Counted from the first letter of the stretch, positions 39,773-50,873 are shown. The stretch is DNA of 64,000 nucleotides from Gammaproteobacteria bacterium (GCA_965243205.1 CBDEUK010000001.1:256001-320000); one strand, 5' to 3'. The notes: generated by a model not told the origin, from the letters alone. Made by a program: numbers and translations.

Positions 39773-40915
39773 TTAACTACCTATGGATTTTCTTAAAAAT
39801 AAAGTATCACCCAAACAGAAACTAAGATCGAAAATATTTTTTTTAATTAATTCATCGCCTGCTCGTTTTGGTCCATCACCAAATGCCCAAACATAATCAT
39901 CAAGTAACACCCAACCACCTGGCTTAACATGAGGAATCCAATTATCGATATCTTTACAAACCTCTTCATACTTATGATTTCCATCAATATGTAATAATGC
40001 TATTTCACCAGTGACAGAAAACCTACCTAACTCAGGAGTTTTGACGAAACCTTCTTCAACATTATTAATATAAATTGTAACCGCTTGTTCTGAAGCTTCA
40101 CGAATATATGTTAGGTTATCTAATAATGCCGCATTGGCTAAAAATATTTGAAAGATTATATCAGGGTCAACTTCACCAATTTGTTTATTGAGTAATTTAG
40201 CTTGATTACCTTGCGGTTTTATTTTTCCAGCTTTCCAAGGGTCAACACTGATCACATTCCCTATGTGATATTTTTTTGCTAAATAGGCAAATGCATATGC
40301 AGATCGACCATACAATGAACCAATCTCAACAATATCCCCTTGAGGAATGAGACGCATAATTACACTTAGCGAAAGTAATTTATCATCATCACATTGTCCT
40401 GGGATATTTCTAAACTGTTTATGTAAAGCTGAATAATGTGCCTCTGATAATAAACCTCGTAAAAACGATCCATTGGCTAAAAACCCTGCCAAAGTATCTG
40501 CTTGTACTTTTTTTACCCAATCATAGCTAGGCTTATACTTTAACCAATTTGCATCAAATGGTTTAGGTGTACATAAATGAAAGCGATAGTCTTTGCTTGA
40601 TAGTAATAATTCTTCGATATGATTCCAAACACCTGAATGAGGAGTATAAACATGTGTGATCGAGTATTGATTAATTAATTTATCAAAAGCCGAATCAAAA
40701 TCATCAGCCGTCACATAAGGTAAATAAGCAAATTCATCGACATTTAAGTCAGTCGCCTGACGCATCACTGAACTCGCACCAATCACATTCAGACCTAAAG
40801 ATTTCGCTTGTTCAGTAAAATATTGTGATTCATCTAAATCCAGCGGGAACACCAATAAATTAATGGCGTTTTGCGGCGATTGAAATTCAGAATTCTCAAT
40901 CTCTAAGGCATGCAA
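39773..40915 (-). CDS. Class I SAM-dependent methyltransferase (Methyltransf_24-like)
   Basis: VEIGSLYGRS, LLHIDGNHKYE, VKPGGWVLLDDY. Confidence 0.85.
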   Translation of the reverse strand: MHALEIENSEFQSPQNAINLLVFPLDLDESQYFTEQAKSLGLNVIGASSVMRQATDLNVDEFAYLPYVTADDFDSAFDKLINQYSITHVYTPHSGVWNHIEELLLSSKDYRFHLCTPKPFDANWLKYKPSYDWVKKVQADTLAGFLANGSFLRGLLSEAHYSALHKQFRNIPGQCDDDKLLSLSVIMRLIPQGDIVEIGSLYGRSAYAFAYLAKKYHIGNVISVDPWKAGKIKPQGNQAKLLNKQIGEVDPDIIFQIFLANAALLDNLTYIREASEQAVTIYINNVEEGFVKTPELGRFSVTGEIALLHIDGNHKYEEVCKDIDNWIPHVKPGGWVLLDDYVWAFGDGPKRAGDELIKKNIFDLSFCLGDTLFLRKSIGS

Positions 40916-40956
40916 TTTAATAAACTCTATTTTTAATTATCATTACAAATATTTAA

Positions 40957-41010
40957 AACAAGGTTTATGCCAATATTCCTTAAAACCCTATAAATTGGCA
41001 TAATTCATGC
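40957..41010. promoter_or_regulatory. Back-to-back divergent sigma54-like promoters
   Basis: Plus TGGCATAATTCATGC (40996-41010); minus TGGCATAAACCTTGTT (40957-40972, imperfect -12). Confidence 0.55.
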
Positions 41011-41022
41011 GAATTAGCTGGT

Positions 41023-42195
41023 ATGGAAAACATACAAACGATCGCCAAACATGAGCAGCCACACCTAAACACTGAGGCATCTAGCTCGATCCCATATTTC
41101 ATTCCAGATTTACCAACCTCTGATGAGGTTTATGGGATCCTTAAAAGTATTGATAGCAATAAATGGTATTCAAACTTTGGGCCGTTGGAACAAAGCTTAC
41201 GTTTACCATTTATGCAGACTTTTTTTCAGTCTGATAATGAATTAGAAGTGACATTTACCAATACTGGAACCGCTGCAATCAATTTAGCGTTAAAAGCACT
41301 CGAATTACCACAAGCTTCTAAAGTATTAGTACCCTCACTATCATTTCCTGCCACGGCTATTGCCGTTATCAATGCCGGTCTCGAACCAATTTTTGCCGAT
41401 GTTGGTAATGAATTAGAATTATCTGTGAAACAAACTATGGAGATAGTTCAAAAACATAACATAAAAGCCGTTGTACCAGTTTTATTTCATAACCAATCAA
41501 AAGAATTAAAAAAATGGGATATTTTTGCTAAGGAAACCAATATTCCAGTAGTCATTGATTCTTGTGCTGCTTTAGATGTAATGCAGTTACCGACATATTG
41601 CACAATGACTTTTAGTTTACACGCAACTAAATTTTATGGGATTGGTGAAGGTGGTGCTGTCGTAAGCAAAAACACTGATCTTGTTGAGAAAGTACGTAAA
41701 TTTAGTAATTTTGGTTTTGACCACCATAAAATTATTGGGATTGGCGATAACGCCAAGTTAAGTGAATATCATGCAGCTGTCGCACATAGCCAACTATCAC
41801 GTGTGGTTATGATTCGATATCGTAAACAAGAATTGACTGAACATTATCAAAATGCATTTGAAAGATGTCCTCATAATATTCAAGTCATGTCTAGATTTAA
41901 TGAAATACCTTCATATCTATTAATCACTAGTTTAAATTGCAATGTAAAATCTTTACATCGATATTTATTAGATGAAGGCATAGAAAATCGGCGCTTTCAT
42001 TATCCTTTATTAATCGATCAACCTGCATTCAAACGGTTTGAATGCATATCGAGCCCAGAAACCATTAGTTTAATATCAAAGAATTTAATTTCTTTACCTT
42101 TCCATAATCATATTCAAAAGCAAGATATAGAAGAAATCGTAGATTGCATTATTGCATTTACTGAATTAAAAGAACTCAAAACAGCTCACAATTAA
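41023..42195 (+). CDS. DegT/DnrJ/EryC1/StrS sugar aminotransferase (VioA-like)
   Basis: SNFGP, SFPAT, FSLHATK, GEGG, NAKLSEYHAA. Confidence 0.9.
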   Translation: MENIQTIAKHEQPHLNTEASSSIPYFIPDLPTSDEVYGILKSIDSNKWYSNFGPLEQSLRLPFMQTFFQSDNELEVTFTNTGTAAINLALKALELPQASKVLVPSLSFPATAIAVINAGLEPIFADVGNELELSVKQTMEIVQKHNIKAVVPVLFHNQSKELKKWDIFAKETNIPVVIDSCAALDVMQLPTYCTMTFSLHATKFYGIGEGGAVVSKNTDLVEKVRKFSNFGFDHHKIIGIGDNAKLSEYHAAVAHSQLSRVVMIRYRKQELTEHYQNAFERCPHNIQVMSRFNEIPSYLLITSLNCNVKSLHRYLLDEGIENRRFHYPLLIDQPAFKRFECISSPETISLISKNLISLPFHNHIQKQDIEEIVDCIIAFTELKELKTAHN

Positions 42196-42199
42196 TCTT

Positions 42200-44116
42200 A
42201 TGTCTAATTTACAAGTAGAAAAAGCAAATCCGAACTCTTTACTTGAGTTTGAACAAGCCTTAGAAAGAAATGATTTTGCTAGCGCAGAAAAATCATTAAT
42301 GGAAATATTATTACATTTAAATGTTCATAGAGCTTTCTCAAAAACATCTAAAGATGGATTTAATATTCTACCATTTACACCAGATGATAGTGATGAAACA
42401 AATTTAAAGCATTATCAACTAGTCGTCGATCGCATCATATTATTATTCATAAATCCAGACTATGAAATGAGTGAATTTGGCTTTCAAGTATTCAATATAT
42501 TTAAATCGCAATTAATGTGGCTTTTTATTGCTGCGGGTAGAGATAATTTAGATATTATTTTATATGAGAAAAATATTGCCCATCCAGATAATACTGAGAT
42601 GAATTTAAGTTCTGAACAAGATTTAAAATTATTGCTGACATGTTTTACAATTGAATCGGATTTATCACTAGATTTTTCGTTGCTTTACCAAAACTTCCCT
42701 GATCGGACAGGATATTGTTACGTCGGTTGTTTCTATTATTCTAACATTGTGCTTTCTGAGAGGAGTGAGTCAACACTTAGAGATTTAATAGCATATAGTT
42801 ATATATTTGAAAAATTACCTATGAATAATGATTTAATGGTTCTCTGTTCAAATATATGGATGACTTGCACCTATATTAACTGCAATGAAAAACATAATAT
42901 TAAACAGGCTATAAATAAATATTACCAACGGTATTTAACTGAAACATTATCAAAAACCACAAAACACAGAATTAAAAAATATTTATTAAAATACAAAAAA
43001 AATACTAAAGAAAAAAAGAAATTGGTTATATGTTCAGAAGTTTTATCTGAAGGCCATGCTATGACACGATGCTATATAGAACCGATGATCTATCTATCTA
43101 GATATTTCGATACAGTTTTAATAGGTTCTTCAGGTTTGATCGATAAAAACTATAAAGAACATTTTTCAAAAATCATAGAAGTAGATGATAAAATCTTTGG
43201 TCATCATGACTCTATTGTAAATAGTATACTCAATGAAGAACCAGATATAATTTGGTATCCTAGTTTAGGCATGGCTTGTTGGACATTACCTTTATGCAAC
43301 TTAAGGTTAGCTCCTGTACAAGTTATGTCTTTAGGCCATCCAGCTTCTTCTATGTCAAAATCAATAGATTATTGTATCAGTGACAAAGAAGTAGCTAAGT
43401 TTATGACTGAATCAATAGAAAGTAACTATACTATTGATATTCAAAATGTTTATACACCACGTCATTATGAATTAATAAATATAAAAGACGAAATAAAAGC
43501 CGACGAAATTCACATAGCCATTAACTCAAAAGATTTTAAAGTACGTTCTGTTTTTATAGACTTATGTCAACAATTAAACAATGCTAGTTCAAAAAAATGT
43601 ATTTTTCATTTTTTTCCAAACGCTCATGGTTTAATGAGAGATGCATTCAAAGAAAATTTAAATGGTAAATTAGATCATTATGAAATTCATAAAGTAAACG
43701 ACTACCAAACATATATGAATGAATTAGCTAAATGCGATATGACATTAAGCACGTTCCCATTTGGTGGTTCTAACAGTAATGTAGATGCTTTTCTATTAGG
43801 TTTACCACGAGTAATTTTGATAGGTGAAGGTCCAGAAGCAAGTGCTGATTTAACCCAAGCGACAGTTGTAAACTTACCAAATTGGCTAATCACGGAATCC
43901 GTTGAACAATACTTTCTTTCTGCATTAGCATTAATCGAAAATGACGAGTTACGCAAAGAAGTTTCAGAAACAATAATTGCGACAAATCCTAAAGCAATTC
44001 TTTTCAATGAAGACGCTGCTTGTGATGATAAAGCCTATCCAGATGCTTTTTACGATATGTATGAATCAAACCGCTACGACCCTAAAAAGAAATACAATCG
44101 AGCAATCTGTTATTAA
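42200..44116 (+). CDS. HMW1C-like GT41 protein glycosyltransferase, probable flagellin glycosyltransferase
   Basis: HAMTR, YPSLGM, LRLAPVQVMSLGHPAS, IDY, FPFGGSN, LPNWLI. Confidence 0.82.
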   Translation: MSNLQVEKANPNSLLEFEQALERNDFASAEKSLMEILLHLNVHRAFSKTSKDGFNILPFTPDDSDETNLKHYQLVVDRIILLFINPDYEMSEFGFQVFNIFKSQLMWLFIAAGRDNLDIILYEKNIAHPDNTEMNLSSEQDLKLLLTCFTIESDLSLDFSLLYQNFPDRTGYCYVGCFYYSNIVLSERSESTLRDLIAYSYIFEKLPMNNDLMVLCSNIWMTCTYINCNEKHNIKQAINKYYQRYLTETLSKTTKHRIKKYLLKYKKNTKEKKKLVICSEVLSEGHAMTRCYIEPMIYLSRYFDTVLIGSSGLIDKNYKEHFSKIIEVDDKIFGHHDSIVNSILNEEPDIIWYPSLGMACWTLPLCNLRLAPVQVMSLGHPASSMSKSIDYCISDKEVAKFMTESIESNYTIDIQNVYTPRHYELINIKDEIKADEIHIAINSKDFKVRSVFIDLCQQLNNASSKKCIFHFFPNAHGLMRDAFKENLNGKLDHYEIHKVNDYQTYMNELAKCDMTLSTFPFGGSNSNVDAFLLGLPRVILIGEGPEASADLTQATVVNLPNWLITESVEQYFLSALALIENDELRKEVSETIIATNPKAILFNEDAACDDKAYPDAFYDMYESNRYDPKKKYNRAICY

Positions 44117-44127
44117 TCGTCTTATAT

Positions 44128-45348
44128 CTATATCTGATTAAATAAAGATAAACCTTGTACTCTAGTATATGTGGCTTGAGCTGCCTGTAGAGTTGCTAAT
44201 CTTGATGTTAATTCTGAAATAGCTTCAAATACATTCAAATCTTCAATTCTTGAACGTGTAACTTCCATATCAGCAATAAACTCTACATTAGTGTCTATTT
44301 GATCATCAATCGTTTTTAACCGAGCACCAATATCAGTTCTCATACGTAAGATATTTTCAAACGCTTGATCAATATCTTGGATTGAACGTGCAACTTGGTT
44401 ATTACGTTGTACATCATCAGCGGCAAGTGCAGTTGCTAAATTCTCCAAGGTAGTAAATATATCTTGTCTTTGACTAGGGCTTACTGTGAATGTGTCTCCT
44501 GCAACTGGTAATTCAGAAATACTTGTTTCAATACCATTAAAATTAATGGCTGTGCCACTCACGTAATCAGGAGCATCATTTGTTGCATTTTGAGGTAACG
44601 CTGGAATAATTTGACCCGATGTTGCTCCAATCACATTATATGCTAAGTTACCAGAACTGTTTGTAACGAATGTTATAGTATAAGTATCCTCAACATAGGC
44701 TGATGAATCGGTAACTTGTCCAACTGAGATAACGCCTGTTCCAGCATTGGTGGTTGTATCTGCAACTTGAAATGTTCCATTACCATTAAAAATATTTCCA
44801 AATACTTCTAAACCATGATGACTATCAGCCATTGTACGACCGCTAGAGATTTGTAGTTCGCGATTACCTTGGTCACCGTTATAGCTATACGTACCATTCG
44901 CATTTCTAATAAAAGGTTGCGTTAAACTTTGATAACCTGAAAACAAATACTCTCGATTACTATCTCGAGTATTCGCTAAACCTAATACTTCATCTAATCG
45001 TTCACGTACTTCTGTGATAATAGATTGTCTGTCAGCACTAGATACCGTTGAATTACTACCCTGAACAGCCAACTCTTTTGCTCTAATTAAACTGTTCTCA
45101 ATGGTTTCTAAAGCTGTCTCTTCTAAAGATAAGCGGTTCTTTATAATATCTGAATTACGTTGATATTGGTTATTAACACTAATTTCTTCATTGATACGTA
45201 ATAACTGCGCAGCACCAGATGGATCATCCACAGAAGAAACTAATCGTTTACCAGACGAAATCTGTTGTTGTAAATTCCCAATTTGCGTTTGTTGTTCAAG
45301 CATCCTGCTTATACCTATTTGATTAAGGTAAGAAGTTGATAATCTCAT
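44128..45348 (-). CDS. flgL: Hook-associated protein FlgL
   Basis: MRLST, QISSGKR, DDP, YLFSG, LSLFNQI. Confidence 0.95.
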   Translation of the reverse strand: MRLSTSYLNQIGISRMLEQQTQIGNLQQQISSGKRLVSSVDDPSGAAQLLRINEEISVNNQYQRNSDIIKNRLSLEETALETIENSLIRAKELAVQGSNSTVSSADRQSIITEVRERLDEVLGLANTRDSNREYLFSGYQSLTQPFIRNANGTYSYNGDQGNRELQISSGRTMADSHHGLEVFGNIFNGNGTFQVADTTTNAGTGVISVGQVTDSSAYVEDTYTITFVTNSSGNLAYNVIGATSGQIIPALPQNATNDAPDYVSGTAINFNGIETSISELPVAGDTFTVSPSQRQDIFTTLENLATALAADDVQRNNQVARSIQDIDQAFENILRMRTDIGARLKTIDDQIDTNVEFIADMEVTRSRIEDLNVFEAISELTSRLATLQAAQATYTRVQGLSLFNQI

Positions 45349-45359
45349 AATCTATACCT

Positions 45360-47288
45360 CTACACTGCATCAATAAGTGATTGAAATAATTGATCGGCTG
45401 TGGAAATTAATCTAGCCGATGCTTGATAAATTTGTTGTAACTCCAATAGACTTGCAGCTTCTTCGTCTAAATTAACACCTGAATAACTTTCACGCGCTTG
45501 TGTTGCTTGGTCAAGTAAAGTAGACAATGCTCTATTGCTGACTTCAGTCTGTCGAGTTGCAGAACCAATCTCAACGACTAATTGCCCAAAAGCATCTTGA
45601 TAGCTAGCAGTACTGCCTAACATCGTATTACTATCTTGTAGTTGCGCTAACAATATCGCATTACGATTATCACCTTCACCACTCGTATTGTTTGAAATTA
45701 CAAATTGATCACCATCATCAGGAATACCTGAAATAGTAAATGTTGCGTTACCCGCAGCAGCAATAGTAAATGATTTACCATTATTCTCAGTTACTGCGTT
45801 GTAAGCCAAAGTACCACCAGGAGGTGCTGAGATAGTAAATTGATTAGTCGCTGCAACATAGGTTAACGTAATGCTAGAAGCTAATGGAATCCCTGTAACC
45901 GATGAAATGTCGGCTTGGGTAATACTACCCGTACCTGTATTCGTTGCTAGTCCGTTTGCATCCGTTGCTTCTTGAGCAGTTAACGCACCTGAAGCCGCTA
46001 TTTTTCTTGGATCAGAAATATTTGTACTAATACCACTTGAACCATTTACTGTTGGTCGAATCAAGTACTGCTCACCAACGGTTGGAGAAGCAATAAGGGT
46101 TAAATTAAAACCATCGATTGTAGCTGTCGTAAATGGTGATGCACCACCAGTGTTAATAGCAGTTGTTGTATTATCAGATAATCGAATGAGGCTATAGTTA
46201 TTCGCACCATTATAAGTTAATTGATAATCACTATCTGTTAATTGGTTAGGGTCTGTGATAGTTGAGCTGACATTAGCTACGGAACTACCAAATGCTATTA
46301 CCTCAGGAGAAGCGACATTAAAAAAAGTATTATTCACTTCACCATCTAAATTAACACCTAATATATGTTGATCATTAAAACTATCTGCTAAATTAATAGC
46401 CAATCGACCTAAAGAATTCACTGTTGGTTCTAACATCTGATTCTGAAAATCGAGTAAACCGCCTAGTTTTCCTGATGTAATGTTTTGTGTAACAACACTC
46501 GAACCAAATGAATTAACAATACTGATATCGAAGTGTCCCTCATATGTTTCCGATACTCGTAATGTACTTGGATCGTTATTTAAAACTAAAGCTTGGCCAC
46601 TACCTGTAAATACATTGACCGAACCGTCAGCTTGTTCTATAGAATTAATTGCAACAAACTCAGACAACTGACGAAGTAATTCATCACGTTGATCCAATAA
46701 ATCATTAGGTGGTTGATCTTCCAAACTTCCTAATGAATTTACAATACGTGTATTAATATCGGCAATTGAACTTGTTATCGCATTGACTTCACTAATTGAA
46801 TCACTTAATTGGTTTCTTACGTCATCACTAATATTATCAAGTCGATCTTGTAAAAACTGGAAACGTGCAACGAGTGACTCAGCCTCACTAACCATAACTT
46901 GACGATTGTTAATCGATGAAGGCAAATCTGCAACATCTTGCACAGAATTAAAAAAACTGGTTATGTTTTCACTAAGGCCTGTATTTTCATTCGTTAATAA
47001 TGTATCGATTCTTTGTGAAAGATTAAGATATGTTTCATTAGCATTTGAATTTGATGTGCTCACTCTAAGCTGTTCGGTAATAAATTCACTGTGAACTCTA
47101 TTGACCGCATCAAGCTGAACACCTTTGCCAAAATATCCGGCACCGGTAAATTGTGCATCTCGAGCTGATAGCTCTACACGTTGACGTGAATAACCTGGAG
47201 TGTTTACATTTGCAATATTATGACTGACAGTTTGCAGTGATCTCTGTGCCGTCAATAAACTAGAAACTGATGTATTTAAAAATCCCAT
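45360..47288 (-). CDS. flgK: Hook-associated protein FlgK
   Basis: SHNIANVNTPGYSRQ, SGVNLDEEA. Confidence 0.96.
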   Translation of the reverse strand: MGFLNTSVSSLLTAQRSLQTVSHNIANVNTPGYSRQRVELSARDAQFTGAGYFGKGVQLDAVNRVHSEFITEQLRVSTSNSNANETYLNLSQRIDTLLTNENTGLSENITSFFNSVQDVADLPSSINNRQVMVSEAESLVARFQFLQDRLDNISDDVRNQLSDSISEVNAITSSIADINTRIVNSLGSLEDQPPNDLLDQRDELLRQLSEFVAINSIEQADGSVNVFTGSGQALVLNNDPSTLRVSETYEGHFDISIVNSFGSSVVTQNITSGKLGGLLDFQNQMLEPTVNSLGRLAINLADSFNDQHILGVNLDGEVNNTFFNVASPEVIAFGSSVANVSSTITDPNQLTDSDYQLTYNGANNYSLIRLSDNTTTAINTGGASPFTTATIDGFNLTLIASPTVGEQYLIRPTVNGSSGISTNISDPRKIAASGALTAQEATDANGLATNTGTGSITQADISSVTGIPLASSITLTYVAATNQFTISAPPGGTLAYNAVTENNGKSFTIAAAGNATFTISGIPDDGDQFVISNNTSGEGDNRNAILLAQLQDSNTMLGSTASYQDAFGQLVVEIGSATRQTEVSNRALSTLLDQATQARESYSGVNLDEEAASLLELQQIYQASARLISTADQLFQSLIDAV

Positions 47289-47314
47289 AGTAAATTACCT
47301 CTATATATAATCCT

Positions 47315-48178
47315 TCACCCCGTTTTAAACTCATTTCTATTTAATATACTACTTATTTTTTCAGCGTATTTTGGATCCGTTGCATAACCTGCATTTTGTA
47401 ATTCTTGTAAATATTGCTGAGGATTATCCGTATGATCTAATGCCTTTTGATAGCGAGCGTTTTCTTTTATAAACGATACATAATCAGAAAAACTTTGTTC
47501 AAATGATGAATATGATCTGAAATCTGCTTTTTCGTAATAGAACTCACCATCTTTATGTTCTAATGTATTCACTCTGGCACTATTTCCTTGCCAGGATGAA
47601 TTGGCTTTAATACCAAATAAATTATGCGAACTAGTGTTTGATGATTGAATGATTTTCTTACCCCAGCCTGTTTCTAATGCTGCTTGAGCAATCAAGACTT
47701 CTGGTTTTACTCCAAGTTCTTTAGCGTATTTTTCTGCTAAAGGTCTTAATTCATCAATAAACTCTTTTGGACTATCAAATTTAATCGGTTTTTGTCCATT
47801 AGAATTATCTACTTTCTCAGGAAAATAAACGGGAGCAGATAATGCTTTCATACTTGAATTATTTTCTTCGGAAGACTTTTCACCGCCTAACTGGCGTATT
47901 AATAAATCGGCAATACCAACACTGCGTTTTTCAGCGAGATGGATAGAAATTTGTTTATCATACATATCTTGATAAAACTGCATTTGATTTGAATTAAACA
48001 TTCCATCAGATTGATTCGCATCACGCATGGTTTTTAACATCATCTGAACAAACAATGATTCAAACTGAGTAGCAACGGCATCGACTGCTTCTGGTGAATT
48101 ATTTTTAGCCGCAATTTTTAAATTACTAAGTCCAGATAATTCTGAAAATATTTTTGCTTGACTGAAGTCTGCTGTCAT
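47315..48178 (-). CDS. flgJ: Rod-capping peptidoglycan hydrolase FlgJ
   Basis: QFESLFVQMMLKTMR; AQAALETGWG, NLFGIKA, GYATDPKY. Confidence 0.95.
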   Translation of the reverse strand: MTADFSQAKIFSELSGLSNLKIAAKNNSPEAVDAVATQFESLFVQMMLKTMRDANQSDGMFNSNQMQFYQDMYDKQISIHLAEKRSVGIADLLIRQLGGEKSSEENNSSMKALSAPVYFPEKVDNSNGQKPIKFDSPKEFIDELRPLAEKYAKELGVKPEVLIAQAALETGWGKKIIQSSNTSSHNLFGIKANSSWQGNSARVNTLEHKDGEFYYEKADFRSYSSFEQSFSDYVSFIKENARYQKALDHTDNPQQYLQELQNAGYATDPKYAEKISSILNRNEFKTG

Positions 48179-48190
48179 AACAAATACTCT

Positions 48191-49303
48191 CTAAATCACC
48201 ACAAGCTCAGCTTTTAAAGCACCGGCTTGTTTCAACGCTTCAAGTATTGCAACCAAATCGCCTGGTGCAGCACCAACTTGATTCACTGCTCTTACTAAGT
48301 CATCCAAAGAAACGCCAGGGTTAAATAAAAACATCCTTGAATCTTCTTGCTCAACAGTTATGTCTTGATTTGGAACCACTTGTGTTGTGCCATCGCTTAA
48401 CGGGTTAGGCTGACTGACTAATGGGTTATTACTAATGGTAACGACTAGTGAACCATGAGATACGGCAGCTTCAGTAACGGTTACATGTTTACCAATAACA
48501 ACCGTTCCAGTTCTTGAATTTACTATGACTCTAGCTGGTCCATCATCAGGTGACATTTCAATATTTTCCACCATGGAAACAAAAGCAACACGTTGAGAAC
48601 TATCAATAGGCGCACGGACTTTCACTGAAATTCCATCCAATGCTACTGCAGTATCTTGTCCTAATGTCTTATTAATTGCCTCGACCATTCGATTAGCCGA
48701 AGTAAAATCAGGACGATGTAGATTTAGAACAATATGATTGCCTTTACCAAAAGCATTTGGAACTGTTCTTTCAACCGTTGCACCATTAGGAACTCGACCT
48801 GCACTTGGAATATTTACCGAGATACTTGAGCCATCATCACTTGATACACCAAAACCACCTACGACTAAATTACCTTGGGCAACGGCATAAACATTTCCAT
48901 CAATACCTTTTAACGGTGTCATTAATAGACTTCCGCCACGTAAACTTTTTGCGTTACCAATTGAAGATACTGTGACATCAATTGGCTGACCAGGTTTAGC
49001 AAACGGTGGAAGGGTTGCATTCACAATCACTGCTGCAATGTTACTTAATTGAGGATTAGTACCAGGAGGTAATGTTATGCCTAATTGACGCAACATATTA
49101 TCCAAACTTTGTATGGTAAAAGGAGTTTGTGTCGTTTGGTCACCAGTGCCATCAAGCCCTACTACTATACCGTAGCCAATAAGCTGGTTATTTCTTACTC
49201 CAGCAACGTTCGCTAAATCTTTTATACGATCAGCATGACTATTAAACGATGTTAAACATAGAATAATGAATGAGCTTACAAATGTTAAATAATTAAACTT
49301 CAT
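48191..49303 (-). CDS. flgI: P-ring protein FlgI
   Basis: RIKDL...[21 protein letters not shown]. Confidence 0.97.
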   Translation of the reverse strand: MKFNYLTFVSSFIILCLTSFNSHADRIKDLANVAGVRNNQLIGYGIVVGLDGTGDQTTQTPFTIQSLDNMLRQLGITLPPGTNPQLSNIAAVIVNATLPPFAKPGQPIDVTVSSIGNAKSLRGGSLLMTPLKGIDGNVYAVAQGNLVVGGFGVSSDDGSSISVNIPSAGRVPNGATVERTVPNAFGKGNHIVLNLHRPDFTSANRMVEAINKTLGQDTAVALDGISVKVRAPIDSSQRVAFVSMVENIEMSPDDGPARVIVNSRTGTVVIGKHVTVTEAAVSHGSLVVTISNNPLVSQPNPLSDGTTQVVPNQDITVEQEDSRMFLFNPGVSLDDLVRAVNQVGAAPGDLVAILEALKQAGALKAELVVI

Positions 49304-49312
49304 ATATTTTCT

Positions 49313-50038
49313 CTAGAACGGCATTACTGCACTGATAAAGAATTTAGCCAACCACCCCATTACATTAGCGGAGTTAGTTGCGCCTTCGCCTGTATACATA
49401 ATCGTTGCATCAGCAATTTGTGTAGAACGTACGGTATTATCTGCGAGGACATCAGTTGGTCTTACTACACCAGAGATTCTTATATATTCATTACCTTGGT
49501 TTAACGTCACACGTTTTTCACCACGGACATAAAGATTCCCATTTGGGAAAACCTCAACCACTGAAACTGTTATATTTCCTGTTAAATTATTATTCTGGCT
49601 ACTGGAACCAGAACCTTCAAATTCTGTAGAAGACTCTAAGCTTGTATTCAGCCCAAGATTATTGGTGTTATCTAATGGAATAAAACCAGGGATATCAATT
49701 TGAGGTGATGCACCTAATACTGTTGGATTTGTAACACTGGTTGAATTATCTTTTTCGATACTAGTAGAAGCATCCTTACTAGCAGCTGTATTTTCTTCTA
49801 ATACAACCGTAAGAATATCACCTACTCTTCGTGCTTTTACATCTTCGAATAAACGATAATCAAAACCAACTTGGTAAATGGCTCCATTGGCTTCAGGCTG
49901 TACCGGCGGCAAAGGTGGCCGCACAGCGGCAAATTCTGGATCTCGTTTAGGGGCTGTATTGCATGCAGCAAGGTGTAAAAGGATTAATAAAACTAATACA
50001 TCTTTAAAAAAAGCCTTATTAAATAGTATCTTCATCAT
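49313..50038 (-). CDS. flgH: L-ring lipoprotein FlgH
   Basis: LAAC lipobox, ARRVGDILTV, GWLAKFF. Confidence 0.96.
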   Translation of the reverse strand: MMKILFNKAFFKDVLVLLILLHLAACNTAPKRDPEFAAVRPPLPPVQPEANGAIYQVGFDYRLFEDVKARRVGDILTVVLEENTAASKDASTSIEKDNSTSVTNPTVLGASPQIDIPGFIPLDNTNNLGLNTSLESSTEFEGSGSSSQNNNLTGNITVSVVEVFPNGNLYVRGEKRVTLNQGNEYIRISGVVRPTDVLADNTVRSTQIADATIMYTGEGATNSANVMGWLAKFFISAVMPF

Positions 50039-50053
50039 ATTTATTATTCATAT

Positions 50054-50839
50054 TTAAAGTGTGTTACTAGCGAACTGCAACATTTGATCCGTTGTTTCAA
50101 TTGCTTTCGCATTCATTTCATAAGCACGCTGGGTTTCAATCATATTCACTAATTCTTCAACCACATTCACATTAGAACCTTCTAGAGACCCCTGTATTAA
50201 CAAACCTAAACCAGTCAAACCTGGAGTTCCTGGTTGAGCAGTACCACTAGAAGCCGTTTCCTTAAATAAATTATCTCCAATCGCTTGTAACCCAGTTGGA
50301 TTAATAAAGTCAGCTAATTGAATCGTTCCGATTTGTGTCGGTGCCGTGCTACCTGTAACTAATGCACTGACCGTACCATCTTGCCCGATTGAAAGTGATT
50401 GTGTATCAGGTGGAACTGTAATAGCGGGTTGAAGAGGAAAACCATTCGCAGTGACAAGTTGGCCGTTAGAATCACGTTGAAATGCACCGTCTCTGGTATA
50501 AGCTGTTGCACCATCTGGCATTAAAATTTGAAAAAAACCATTACCAGAAACCGCAACATCTAATGGATTTTCCGTTTGTGAAATACTGCCTTGCGAATGT
50601 AATTTCTCAGTCGCAACAACCCGTACACCTGTACCCAACATTAAACCTGATGGTAATTGTGTATTTTGCGATGAAGAAGCACCAGGTTGTCGTACTGTTT
50701 GGTACATTAAATCATTGAACACCGCTCGATCTTTTTTGAAACCATTGGTATTAACGTTTGCCAAATTATTTGATATCACCGACAAACGAGTTTGTTGTGC
50801 ATCTAAACCGGTTTTAGCTACCCATAAAGACTGAGCCAT
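50054..50839 (-). CDS. flgG: Distal rod protein FlgG
   Basis: [33 protein letters not shown]. Confidence 0.97.
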   Translation of the reverse strand: MAQSLWVAKTGLDAQQTRLSVISNNLANVNTNGFKKDRAVFNDLMYQTVRQPGASSSQNTQLPSGLMLGTGVRVVATEKLHSQGSISQTENPLDVAVSGNGFFQILMPDGATAYTRDGAFQRDSNGQLVTANGFPLQPAITVPPDTQSLSIGQDGTVSALVTGSTAPTQIGTIQLADFINPTGLQAIGDNLFKETASSGTAQPGTPGLTGLGLLIQGSLEGSNVNVVEELVNMIETQRAYEMNAKAIETTDQMLQFASNTL

Positions 50840-50873
50840 AATATATCTCCGAACTAAATTTAATTATTATTCA

